Assembly (NCBI RefSeq): GCF_964188315.1
Contig: NC_135658.1
Location: 3,224,001-3,288,000, forward strand
DNA from: Podarcis muralis
Taxonomy: Eukaryota
Length of the DNA: 64,000 nt
Direction of reading: 5' to 3'
The first letter of the stretch is position 1. Each line of letters starts with the position of its first letter. Position numbers and translations under genes: made by a program. The notes under the pieces were generated by a model, which saw only the letters and a list, made by a program, of their open reading frames with translations, had not been told where the DNA came from and did no database searches. This document shows, piece by piece, positions 36,601-48,653 of this stretch.

Positions 36601-36954
36601 GTAAAGGTACCCCTGCCCGTACGGGCCAGTCTTGACAGACTCTAGGGTTGTGCGCTCATCTCACTCTAGAGGCCGGGGGCCAGCACTGTCCGCAGACACT
36701 TCCGGGTCACGTGGCCAGCGTGACAAAGCTGCATCTGGTGAGCCAGAGCCGCACACGGAAACGCCGTTTACTTCCCCGCCAGTAAGCGGTCCCTATTTAT
36801 CTACTTGCACCCGGGGGTGCTTTCGAACTGCTAGGTTGGCAGGCGCTGGGACCGAACGACGGGAGCGCACCCCGCCGCGGGGATTCGAACCACCGACCAT
36901 GCGATCGGCAAGTCCTAGGCGCTGAGGTTTTACCCACAGCGCCACCCGCGTCCC
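36601..36954 (-). mobile_element. Sauria SINE, divergent subfamily
   Basis: Same architecture as the other three copies with many diagnostic differences. 13-bp TSD TCAGGTTATATAG at 36588-36600 and 36958-36970. Confidence 0.88.
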
Positions 36955-37554
36955 TTTTCAGGTTATATAGATATATGCAAATAAAACCATAAATCCCAAA
37001 GACACCACAGTCTCTGCTGACCTTCATTCCAAGGAAACTGAAACCTGGAATGCCAGAATTATCTCGCCGTTTGGAGATTGTGCTGGGTTGTAACAACAGG
37101 TTTCCTTCGAAGCGCCTCTGCAAATACAGGCAGCCTTGAGACCCCTTTCTTTTAACACAGGCAACCTTCTCCATTGGTTCCAGCCAGCAGACCCTCATGA
37201 TCTGACATGGGTCACTTCCAAGCACGTTGGTTGTCCTTTTTAGAAAATAAAATAAACAGGCTGTCAGCAACGTGTTCTAAACATCTTCAGGAAGTGTGTT
37301 TAATTGCCAAGTGGAGCTGCTTGCATTCTGCGCTGCCAAAAAGAGAGATGAGAAATAGGGTTTGGGAGAGGAATTTTTCAAAGGGAAGCAGAACAGAATG
37401 TAAACTTCCTGACGTCCTGGCCAGGTAGAGTCAGTAAAGGCAAGCAAGCAGGGGCGTAGGAAGGGGGGGCGGGGGCAGGTTGACCCAGGTTCCATCATGG
37501 AGGGGGGTGACAAATTATCAAGGAACAATTACTGCCCTACTAGGGTGGTTCATA

Positions 37555-37904
37555 GGGACGCGGGTGGCGCTGTGGTCTAAACCACAGAGCCTAGGACTTG
37601 CCAATCAGAAGGTCGGCAGTTCGAATCCCCGTGACGGGGTGAGCTCCCGTTGCTCAGTCCCAGCTCCTGCCAACCTAGCAGTTCAGAAGCATGTCAAAGT
37701 ACAAGTAGATAAATAGGTACTGCTCCGGCGGGAAGTTAAACGGCATTTCCGTGCGCTGCTCTGGTTCGCCAGAAGCGGCTTAGTCATGCTGGCCACATGA
37801 CCCGGAAGCTGTACGCTGGCTCCCTCGGTCAATAAAGCGAGATGAGCACCGCAACCCCAGAGTTGGTCACGACTGGACGTAATGGTCAGGGGTCCCTTTA
37901 CCTT
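37555..37904 (+). mobile_element. Sauria SINE (Squam1)
   Basis: Full match, TSD TAGGG(T/C)GGTTCAT. Confidence 0.92.
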
Positions 37905-38574
37905 AGGGCGGTTCATTAAAAACTTTTTTTTGAAAAATGCCTGCTCCAAAGGTCTAATCTTACTACACTAGGGATTATATAGCTATATATGAAATTTCAT
38001 GCATATCAGTTAATATGTTGACCCTCCTCCACAAAAATAGCTGTTTACTTGGCCGTTTTCCTATGTCGCGAAGGCTAAAATTTCAATTCAGTGGAGCACT
38101 TACTGTTCCCAACCCTAATCCTGAGGAAAGCCATTTAATTAGACTTTAATTTGATTTTGACATGTTTTTAGGAGGTAATTTAATTATTGTTTGATTTTAT
38201 ATCAATGTTATGTATCTGATGTTAGCCGCCCTGGGCCCAACTTCGACCGGGGAGGGCGGGATATAAATAAAAGTTTATTATTATTACTTATTATTATTCC
38301 TTTGTAAGGAAATATGAAATAACGTAAAACCATTTTTGCAGGCAAAAAAAAAAAAATCAATGTGGGGGGGGGGGTGACAAGAAATCTTCCACACCGGGTA
38401 CCACCTGACCTTGCTACACCTCTACAAGCAAGGCAAAGTTGCACAGAAAAGGGATTTGAGGGAGAACACACATTGCAGTTCTCACTCACGGAGGACCCAC
38501 AGAGCAGAAGCAAATTTGGGAAATGAGGCTTCATTAGGAAAGGAACTGAGAAGAAAACTGCCAATATCATAATG

Positions 38575-38854
38575 TTGTTGTTGTTGTTGTTTAGTCATTT
38601 AGTCGTGTCCGACTCTTCGTGACCCCATGGACCAGAGCACGCCAGGCACCTCTGTCCTCCACTACCTCCCGCAGTTTGGTCAATCTCATGCTGGTAACCT
38701 CGAAAACACTGTCCAACCATCTCGTCCTCTGTCGCCCCCTTCTCCTTGTGCCCTCCATCTTTCCCAGCATCAGTGTCTTCTCCAGGGAGTCTTCTCTTCT
38801 CATGAGGTGGCCAAAGTACTGGAGCCTCAGCTTCACGATCTGTCCTTCCAGTGA
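38575..38854 (-). mobile_element. RTE-BovB LINE 3' fragment
   Basis: Encodes KLRLQYFGHLMRREDSLEKTLMLGK. (CAA)n tail and 15-bp TSD GCCAATATCATAATG. Confidence 0.92.
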
Positions 38855-38865
38855 GCCAATATCAT

Positions 38866-39290
38866 AATGCCGTTATGCAAATCTATGGTGCAACCACATA
38901 CGGAACACTTTGTACCGTTCTGGTTGCCTCGCCTCTGAAAAGGTATTGTAGAGCTGGAAAAGGTTCAGCAAAGGGCCCCAAATGATCAAGGGGCTGGAGT
39001 GAAAGAAGGAAGGACGCAGTGTTTGGGACTTTTTAGTTTGAAACAAGAAAGAGGTGGCATGATAGAGGTTTATAAAATTACACAAGGCATGGAGAAATTG
39101 CATGGAGGGGAGTTTTTCTCACATCCCGCTAGGATTCATGGAGCTCCGGTGAAGCTGAATGTTGGGAGTTTCAGGACACATAAAAGAAAGCCTTTCTTCA
39201 TGGAAACTATGGGGGCAGGGATGGCCACCAAACTGGATGGCTTTAAAAGAGTATTGGAGAAATTCATGGCGAAGAGGGGTCACTGATGAA
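38866..39290 (+). mobile_element. CR1 LINE C-terminal fragment
   Basis: Encodes LGLFSLKQ..GGMIEVYKI. Degenerate; boundaries approximate. Confidence 0.75.
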
Positions 39291-39533
39291 TATCGTCACT
39301 GGAAATCACAGGAGGAGAGCATACCCTCCAACTGTCCTGAAAATGCTGGGATCATCCCCAAAACTGTCTAGCAACCACAGCTTGTTACAGTGCCATGGGA
39401 AGTCCCAAGTTAGAGTGGTCCAACATGTGGCCTTTGCTAAGTTCCAAAGGAGCATCCGCTGTGGCCATTGCTAAGGGCGGCCACACATTCGCCTTAACCC
39501 GTCATGCCAACCCACTGGACTTCCCTTGCCACG

Positions 39534-40230
39534 TGTAACAGAGGGTAGCCAGTGGTGGCAAGCTACCCCAACTCCCATTCGTGTGTTTGTGCGCACACGA
39601 AGTAACATCCAGACAAAGCTCGTTAAACCAATGACAGGACAAATAGACAGTTATCCCCACAACAGGATTGGGTAATCAATCTGGGCATTGGGCGAGGGCT
39701 ATCCAATAGGCTGTCTCTGGAGGTGGGATTTATTCGCTCCCACTGCTCCCTGACACCCGCCAGCATCAAGGTTGGGCAGCCTGGCCTGAGACGTGATTGG
39801 TGCCAGGGGTCACAGCCTTCAGAATTGGCGACCGGTCACTGACATCGCAGGGCAGTTTCTACTGGGGGGGAAGCGGAGGTTCTGCTTGGCTTGGTGCAGC
39901 CTGTCAGTCATAAGCTGGAGGCTGATGAGTTGGTGGCAGGTGGGAGGGAATGAGGAGAGGAGAGCTGAGGTGGAGAGGGCTGGGGGGCGGTTGGGTTTGT
40001 TGCCCCCCAAGATGCAGTTTCTGTTGGGCAACCTTTTCTGCGCCCAGTGGGGCAGAGCCACAGTTAGAGGGTATGAAGGTGACAGGCTCAGCAGCTGTGG
40101 GCCCCATTTTGATCTTTTGGCCATGGATCTGAGATTGAGAGATTGATATAGTTAGAACTACAGTATATGAGCTAAAATCAATACATCGCTGTCTCCTGGG
40201 GGCTGCTTCATGGGTTGTGATGTGTCTACA
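39534..40230 (+). mobile_element. Probable solo LTR (about 700 bp)
   Basis: TGTA...TACA termini with imperfect 5-bp flanks CCACG/CCAAG. Confidence 0.55.
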
Positions 40231-40573
40231 CCAAGCCATACTGTCCTCCCTCAGCTGTCCCTATTCTCTGGCCTGAGTCCCACCCCTGTGCTTATTTTCT
40301 TCCTGTGTTCTCATTTCCAGGATGCCTTACCAAAAATGTTATTTGTGTGAGTTTGTTTGTTTTATTTGAAATATTTACCAGCCATCTTTTAGGGCAACCT
40401 CCCTCTCGGCAGCTTCTGTATGGTACTGAAATAATTTTAAAAACCAGCACTCTAACCTCTTAGGAAATCATCAAACGATTCCAAAAAATGAAACCATAAA
40501 ACTACCCTTCAGAGCGTACCTAATCAAACCAACATAATACTGTTGAAAAGCAGCAAAGCCTTTAAAATCCTCC

Positions 40574-40711
40574 CAGCGGCTCTCAACCTGTGGGTCCCCA
40601 GATGTTGTTGGACTACAACTCCCATCATCCCTGAGCTCTGGCCTTGCTAGCTAGGGCTGATGGGAGTTGTAGTTCAACAACATCTGGGGACCCACAGGTT
40701 GAGAAAGGCTG
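40574..40711. mobile_element. Palindromic hAT-like MITE (138 bp)
   Basis: Near-perfect fold-back: CTCAACCTGTGGGTCCCCAGATGTTGTTG ... CAACAACATCTGGGGACCCACAGGTTGAG. Confidence 0.8.
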
Positions 40712-41081
40712 CTTAGCCCATTAAAACCCCAGATATCTGGAGTTGTCACTATTGATGTTTTGTTTGTTTCTTAGGTTTACATGGAAACTTTTCTCAAGGG
40801 AGCTCAAGGTGGTGATCTTTACGGTTCAGTGGGAATGCGAACTCTGAATTCCAGGTTCAACACTCTAATTGGCTCTCTTTTATGAATCATGATCCAGTCC
40901 CCTTCCCTGGGCTAGAAAAGCTGGTGGGAAGATGCATCTTGTGCTCATCCATATAAATCAATGTGCATGAACAGAAAAGGGAGCCCTTTTGTGCACAGCC
41001 TGTCATTACACACCCTGAAGCCACCGGCAGTTGTTCGAACTGCTGATAGCAGTTGTTCTTGTTGTTCTAGTATATCTGCAA

Positions 41082-41675
41082 CCTGATAAAGAGAGCACAG
41101 CAGAGGTTATATTTTCTGAGACTCCTCCGGAAAAGCAATCTCTCAAAGGACCTGTTGATGGCATTTTACCATTGTACTGTGGAGAGTGTATTAACTTATG
41201 GTCTCTGTGTGTGGTTTGGGAGCTGCACGGTCAGGGGAAAAACAATGCTGTCCAGGGTTGCAAATACTGCGGAGAGAATAATTGGGTGCACTCTTCCCAC
41301 CTTGGATCAAATCTATGCTTCCAGGTGTCATAAGAAAGCTGCAGAGATAGCGCAGGATAGTGCGCACCCCAGAAATGATCTCTTTCCACTTCTGCCTTCT
41401 GGAAGAAAGGTACAGGGTTATAAAGACTAGGACTAGCCGCCTGAGAAACAGTTTCTATCCAAAGGATATTTTGGTTTTAAACGCAGTGTAAGGTAGTCTC
41501 TGTGGGAGTACAGTATATTGTATTTTAAAAATGGGGTATCAGAGTATTAAGGGGGCTAACCAGGCTGGGACAGCTGGGATAGCAGGCCTGTGGGTTTTTG
41601 AATGTCTGATGTAGATTTTCAATTTCGTTGTTCTGTGTGGGACAATGACAATAAAGATTATCGTATTGTATCGTA
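41082..41675 (+). mobile_element. Rex1/Babar-type LINE 3' fragment
   Basis: Encodes KRAQQRLYFLRLLRK, AFYHCTVESVLTY and LLPSGR. GACAATAAAG(TATCG)n tail. Very similar to 22565-23005. Confidence 0.72.
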
Positions 41676-41727
41676 AGGAGCACCGAATCCTTGGTATCCC
41701 ACAGGGCTGGTCATATCATTATTAGGC

Positions 41728-42235
41728 AGAGACAGCATCTTAAAAAGCAGAGACATCACCTTGCCAACAAAGGTCCGTATAGTTTAAGCTCTGGTTTCCC
41801 GGCAGTGATGTATGGAAGGGAAAGCTGGACCATCAAGAAGGCTGATCGCAGAAGAATTGATGCTTTTGAATTATGGTGCTGGAGGAGACTCTTGAGAGTC
41901 CCATGGACTGCAAGAAGATCAAACCTCTCCATTCTGAAGGAAATCAGCCCTGAGTGCTCACTGAAAGGACAGATCCTGAAGCTGAGGCTCCAAGACTTTG
42001 GCCACCTCATGAGAAGAGAAGACTCCTTGGACAAGACCCTGATGTTGGGAAAGATGGAAGGCACAAGCAGAAGGGGACAACAGAGGATGAGATGGTGGGA
42101 CAGTGTTCTCGAAGCTACCAGCATGAGTTTGACCAAACTGTGGGAGGCAGTGGAAGACAGGAGTGCCTGGCGTGCTCTGGTCCATGGGGCCACAAAGAGT
42201 CGGGCACAACTAAATGACTAAACAACAACAACAAA
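41728..42235 (+). mobile_element. RTE-BovB LINE 3' fragment
   Basis: Encodes ESWTIKKADRRRIDAFELWCWRRLLRVPWTAR. (CAA)n tail. Confidence 0.92.
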
Positions 42236-42314
42236 GCGACCACCTCAGGCAGCAAATGCTGGGGGTTGGGCGAGTGGCAATGAGCTTGGCAGGACAGGGC
42301 TGTCCTGTCCTGTA

Positions 42315-43181
42315 CAGTGGGACCTTGGCTCTCAAACTTAATCCGTTCCGGAAGTCGGTTCCAGACCAAAGCATTCCGAAACCAAGGTGCGCTTTCCCAT
42401 AGAACGTACAGTTGTACCTCTGGATACGTATCCCTCTGGATACGTAATCTTTGGGTTACGGCCACTCAATCACACTGCCTCTGTTTACGTAATTTTCGGG
42501 GTGTGAACGGACCCTTGGAACGAATTAAGTTTGTATCCGGAGGGTCCACTGTAATGCAAAATGGATTAATCCATTCCAGACTTTTAAAAACAACCCCTAA
42601 AATAGCAATTTAACATGGATTTTACTATCTCTAACGAGACCCTTGATCCAGAAAATGAAAGCAATAAACAATGCACTGCAGTCACACAAGCAATCAATCA
42701 GTAGCTGAACTGGGTTCCACACAGTCACAAAAACAAACCAAAAAAGAGCCACAAAAACGCAAAATACAGTGGTACCTCGGGTTAAGTACTTAATTTGTTC
42801 CGGAGGTCCGTTCTTAACCTGAAACTGTTCTTAACCTGAAGCACCACTTTACCTAATGGGGCCTCCAGCTGCTGCCGCGCCGCTGCTGCGCAATTTCTGT
42901 TCTCATCCTGAAGCAAAGTTCTTAACCTGAAGCACTATTTCTGGGTTAGCAGAGTCTGTAACCTGAAGCGTATGTAACCTGAAGCGTCTGTAACCTGAGG
43001 TACCACGTTAAATAGCAAAAAAAGACAGACCTCAGGGTGGCACTCAAATAGTAATTGTAACACTCAAAATGGAGTACAGCTTCCGAAAAAAGTTCCCAAA
43101 AAAGTTCTCAAAAAACCCAGAACAGTGTTTGAGTTCTAAGTTGTTTGAGTAACAAGGCATCTGAGAACCAAGCTACCAGTG
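42315..43181. mobile_element. Tigger/pogo-like MITE with two MITEs nested at TA sites (42409-42551 and 42767-43007)
   Basis: Three sets of TA|CAG... termini. The host sequence is continuous across each TA. Confidence 0.78.
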
Positions 43182-44104
43182 TATTAATTCATTCTTAGTA
43201 GCTGTTTACAACTCTTAGTAACTGTTTGCGACCCACAATGCAACATTGAACTTTGATTGGTGCAAATCTGTTCAGCTCTTAACAACCCAAGTAATTGGCT
43301 GCTTTATAACTTTGCAGTTGAAAATGACGGTTGTGTGTGTGTGTGTTTAAAAAAGTGGCTTTTAATTAAATAACTTTGGGCTGTGGTGCCCTTGGGTGGG
43401 GGTGGGGGGGTGGCAGGGCCAGCTTCCCTTTAATCCCCCAGTGTCCTCTTGGTGTTTGTCCTCCGAGCCCATTCTCACCATAAAGTTGTTTGTCTTCCCA
43501 GAGCACGGCTGGCTCATTTGGTAATAAATCTGGGCTGTTGGCTGGGAGATTGGGGGGGTGCTGATGATGATAAACAGCTTGCCCAGAAGACCCAGAGAGG
43601 AAAAGCAGCCTTTGCCAAGACAGCAGCAGCAGCAGCAGCGTCATCAGTGGGGAAAGATGTGATTTACTGCCCAGAGCATCCTCTATCCTCGTGGGCCTTT
43701 GCACTGAAGTGGAGGCGGCCCCTGATTGGTTGGGCAGCCGCAACAGCTGGGCTCTTTTTCAGGATGCCAAATAAAAGGCATCGCCCCCCAACCCACCTCC
43801 AGCCTGGGAAAACAACCCTTCTGGATCGCAAGCAGGATTCAATGCTTTTTCTAACGTGGGACGAGGCTCTGGCTATGGACTCTAACCCGACGGTCATGCA
43901 AGCTCAGTAAGTAGATAGGATAGCAAGCGCTATTCCTTCCTTGTATCATCTCCTCCCTTGCAGGTTTCTAAGCAGGGCTTGGGTGGCCCTCTGTAGGGGG
44001 CTCTTCAGCTGTGATTACTGCCTTGCAGGGGGGTTGGACTTGATGGCCCTTGTGGGTGTCCCTTCCCCAGTGGGGTCCCTTCTACGCACAAATCAGCTTT
44101 CAAT

Positions 44105-44325
44105 GAAGAAGAAGAAGAGTTTGGATTTGATATCCCGCTTTGCCACTACCCTAAGGAGTCTCAAAGCGGCTCAGAGTCTCCTTTCCCTTCCTTTCCCACA
44201 ACAAACACTCTGTGAGGTGAGTGGGGCTGAGAGACTTCAGAGAAGTGTGACCCAAGGTCACCCAGCAGCTGCATGTGGAGGAGCGGGGAAGCGAACCCGG
44301 TTCCCCAGATTACAAGTCCACTGCT
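44105..44325 (-). mobile_element. tRNA-derived SINE (Squam3-type), 5'-truncated
   Basis: Family match with a (GAA)n tail. Confidence 0.82.
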
Positions 44326-44989
44326 CGGGTGCTGATGAGAGTTGAAGGGCACCCAGTTGGCAAAGGCTGGCACAGATGATCCAAGTGCCTTCAGGGGTAA
44401 TGTGCTTTGTGTGTGGGGGTGCAGGAATGGAGCAGAGCAAGGTCCAAGTTGAGCCCACCAGTATCACTTGCAGTGTAGTAGAAGATGCTGAGCCCCACTG
44501 GACTTGACTGTGGGGCACAAAGTGTCTTGGGCTGGGGCAGTGCTAACTCCCCCCCCCCCCCAGGTGAAATGCGGGAAGGCACCGGTCTGAGGACTGTTGC
44601 CTGGCAGCCCTCACCACTGACTTTCCCCTATTGTATGAGCTGTGGGTTCACTCTGACCCTCTGCTTCCTGCCCTTTAACCCCAGTAATCCGTAAAGGGAC
44701 CTGTATGCTCAAGACCGAACTGCACACCAGATCTTTTGGGTGATCTGTGATCCAGCTATTCTTTTTAACAGAAACAGAGAGGAGGGGGCTGCAAATATAA
44801 TGGGGCCAGCATATCTGTGCTGGGGGGAATGGAAACGTAACCCCTTGCCCCCTCCCCAGGTATTTCTTACTCACAAGGAAAGAAATGCAGGAATCCTAAC
44901 TCCTCTTTTAAAGCCACCTACATCACAGCCTCCTGTGGAAGGGAAATTCATAGTTTAACTCTGCAATTCATGAAGAAGGACTTCCTCTT

Positions 44990-45345
44990 GATCCAGGGTC
45001 TGAAAACCAAGCCTGATGAGGAGCGGTTGAAGGAGCTTGGTATGTTTAGCCTGGGAAAGAGGAGACTGAGAGGAGACAGGAGAGCCATCTCCAAATATCT
45101 TAAGGTCTGTCACATGGAAGAGGGAACAAGCTTGTTTTCTCCTGCTCTGGAGGGTAGGACTCGAACCCATGGCTTCAAGTTACAAGAAAGGAGATTCCGA
45201 CTAAACATATGGGAAAACTTTTTGACAGTATGAGCTGTTCAACAGTGGAATGGGCTTCCTTGGATGGGCATCCGTCCTGGATGCTTTAGCTGAGATTCCT
45301 GCCTTGCAGGGGGTTGGACTAGATGATCCTTGAGGTCCCTTCCAT
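44990..45345 (+). mobile_element. CR1 LINE 3' fragment
   Basis: Encodes EERLKELGMFSLGKRRLRGD and GFKLQERRFRLNI. Confidence 0.88.
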
Positions 45346-46149
45346 TCTCTCATTTGCCCCTTCTTTTTCACTTTTATCATTTACTTCCCATCCCCATTCC
45401 CAATTCTAAATCCCCTGGCAGTGGTCATCAATGCTTTGTTTCAAAGGCAACTTACAATCCAGCACCGCTCCAGCCTGCCTCTCGTGTGTTGTTAGATGAA
45501 TGGAAACAGAAACATGGGTGCGCTTTGCATTTAAAGTTAGCCATGCAAATGAGCAGCTCGTCTGCTGCCATAATTAGTGCCCAAAGGAAAGCCGGTGCGA
45601 GTTTGTTAAATGCAGGGTTCCCAGAGAAGGAAGCCCAAAACGCCACAGGGATCAGTTCCAGTGATTTATTAGAGGGAAGCCTGTAAAGTAAACAGCAAGC
45701 ATTCGTCGTGACTGCCGCACCCGGGCAAGCATGTCATACAGAGGCAGATTTAGGGGAGTGAGACCAATTTGCCCGCACAGGGGGCTGAGATGAGAGGCTT
45801 GGAAGTACAAAATTTGGGCATCACAGGGGGCGCCACTGAAATTTTAAAGCCCCCAAACTGCCACTGATGTTATGCATTATCAAGATTAAAACAGCGAAAC
45901 GAATTGGACTCCTTGGCAGGTTTTGAATAAACATAACACAAATTTATTTGTTAACATAATAGATGGATAGTTCAGAAATCTTCACATTTTTACAATATGC
46001 AGAGAAGAATATGTGTTGATAAATCAGAGAGATGAGCTGAGGGAAGTTGTAGGGGAGGGAGGGGTAGTTGTGGGGGGTGGGAAATGGGGGGGAAATATAA
46101 TTGTTAAAATAATTTGTTATGTGAAAATAATAAAAATTCTAAAAAATAA

Positions 46150-46204
<55 letters not shown>

Positions 46205-46213
46205 TGCATTATA

Positions 46214-46689
46214 CAGCCATATCTTGGATCCCGAACACCTTGCGAGTCAAACGTTTTGGCTCCCGAATGTCACAAACCCAGAAATGATTCTTCCAGTTTG
46301 TGAATGTTCTTTGGAACCTGAACATCCAACATGACATCCACACTTCCAATTGGCTGCAGGAGCTTCCTGCAGCCAATCGGAAGCCGCGCCTTAGTTTCTG
46401 AACATTTTGGCAGTCGAACAGACTTCCGGAATGGATTCCATTCGACTTCTGCGGTCCGACTGTACAGTGGTACCTCTGGTTAAGAACTTAATTCGTTCCG
46501 GAGGTACGTTCTTAACCTGAAACTGTTCTGAACCTGAAGCACCACTTTAGCTAATGGGGCTCCTGCTGCCGCCGCACCGCCATAGCACGATTTCTGTTCT
46601 CATCCTGAAGCAAAGTTCTTAACCTGAAGCACTATTTCTGGGTTAGTGGAGTCTGTAACCTGAAGCGTATGTAACCGAAGGTACCACTG
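46214..46689. mobile_element. Two abutting Tigger/pogo-like MITEs (46214-46462 and 46465-46689) sharing one TA
   Basis: ...CGACTG|TA|CAGTGGTACC... junction. Preceded by an (AAT)n microsatellite at 46148-46200. Confidence 0.78.
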
Positions 46690-47429
46690 TATACAGAAAG
46701 GGTCATATATCAGTTGGGCCAGAAACTTCAAGCGTCCCATAGTCACAGAAGCAAAGCATCGAAACAAGCCAATTAGCCAATTAGTGTTGTTTTGACTGCC
46801 ACTTTGGAGTTTACAAGCCTTTTGGAACATTTTCCCTGTTGAGTTTTTCCCATGTTGTCAAGCCCCATCTGCCCCTCACTTCCCTCTATGTGCAGAAACC
46901 ACCTTCTTGAGTGTCAGGACCCACGAATGGTCTTGTCCGGTCCATCTCCCAGAGCCTGTCTTTGCAGGCAGGGGAGGCCCCTAACTCACAGAGGGCATGA
47001 GACCCATTCGGCTCCCCTCACCTGGTTTTGCCAGCCAGTCAAGGCCATTCCTGGGATTGCGGCCGCTGTCGCATGCTGACCTCTTCTAGGAACCCACAGG
47101 AACAGTTCCTCCCATATACAGTACCAGAAAGCCAAACACGGTGATGGCTGCCCTTTTCTTGTGTTTGCAACCAGATTTCCAATTAACCTGTGTCAGAGAA
47201 AGCAATGTCAATAAATCCCTGGAGGCAGATGTCAATTTATGGAAAGTGGGGAGTGTGCGCCACAAAACAGCAACTTCCTCTTCATATCCTGTCTCTTATC
47301 TTTCTTCCTGCGGCACCCATGACATAATCCGTACTAAAAGCTTATTATCACATGAATCCGGAACCAAGCAACTGCCGGCAACGTTCTGCACATAAAGAGG
47401 ACTTCTTGGCCTGTTCATTGGGGCAAAGG

Positions 47430-47605
47430 AGGGCCATAGCTCAGTGGCAGAGGAACTGCCTTGCCTGCAGAAGTTCCCAAGGTAAATTTCTGGTGCCTCT
47501 AGGTAGGTCTGGGAGAGACTCTAAAATCTTGCAGTCTTTGCTGCCAGTCAATGCTGGGTTAGATGGACCAGTGGTTTATTCAGTATAAAGTAGCTCCTAT
47601 GTCCT
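47430..47605 (+). mobile_element. tRNA-derived SINE (probably Squam2-type), degenerate
   Basis: GGGCCATAGCTCAGTGGCAGAG head and CTCCTATGTCC tail. Confidence 0.7.
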
Positions 47606-47704
47606 TCCTGTGTGGCCCATTAGCCAGTGTTTGATTTGGTGCATTCCAGCCTTGCAAGGGGGTTGGACTAGATGACCCGTGGTGTCCCTTCCAACTCTAC
47701 AATT

Positions 47705-48490
47705 CAATGTTTTTTCAGATTTATTTTTTTATTTTGCCAAAGTAATAATAATAAATAAATAAGAGTAAAAATGTGCACCCCACCTCCGAGAGCCTTCCGT
47801 TGTAACTGTCCAGCTTCCCAAAACTTCAACGCCTCTTGCGATGGTTTGACCCTTTTCCGTTTTAACTGTACAAATTCTACAAACACCCTCCATATCTCCT
47901 CAAAATCATTTCTTCTGCATATTCCCCATCTTACATTAATAGAACATGTTAATTTATCATGAATAGCTATATCCCACACCTCTTTGTACCATTCTTCCAT
48001 TTTATAGTCACTTTGCCCCTTCCACTTCCTAGCTATAATAACTCGTGCAGCTGTCAATAAATTTGTGAGCAAGACCTTCATAGCCTGTGAACCTTCCACC
48101 CCATCACAATTTTTTTAATGCTTTATTAATTTTTGCAAAAACAAAATTGACAAAAGAATCCAAAATCAATACATATTACAAAAAGGAGGGGAAATAGATT
48201 CATACATAACAGATTCCATTATGACTTCCAATCATCCCAACATGTTTACTGGGTTGCATTTTCAACTGCACACTTTCCATTGTCTCAATTGTTTTGATTT
48301 TGTAAATTTCCACCCCATCGTAAATTGATAATAATGGTACCTCTGGACTTACAGTTAGCTTTAACCCCATGATTTCTGTTATCTCCTTGAACACTCTTTG
48401 CCCCCAAAAATTATACATATATGCACCTCCACCATATGTGAATGTAAGTCCCGGTTTCCTGGCATCCCCTCCAGCATAACACCAAATATT
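47705..48490 (-). mobile_element. L1/Tx1-like LINE 3' fragment with a second L1 tail nested at 48106-48307
   Basis: ORF2 C-terminus FWGQRVFKEI..LLSIYDGVE|GSQAMKVLLTNLLTAAR..EEWYKEVW is split by an insert with 12-bp TSD TTCCACCCCATC (48094-48105 and 48308-48319). Confidence 0.82.
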
Positions 48491-48653
48491 CATTGTTTAT
48501 TTGATTTAATCTGACTGGTGTTAAATACCATGTCCAAACTAACTCCTAATAATTTTCTGATAATTCTATGCTTCTACAATTCCTGGAGATCACACAGTAA
48601 TATGAGGCTGGTTTCCTTTCCATTCCAGATCATGACGCAGCGCCCAAGGCAGG

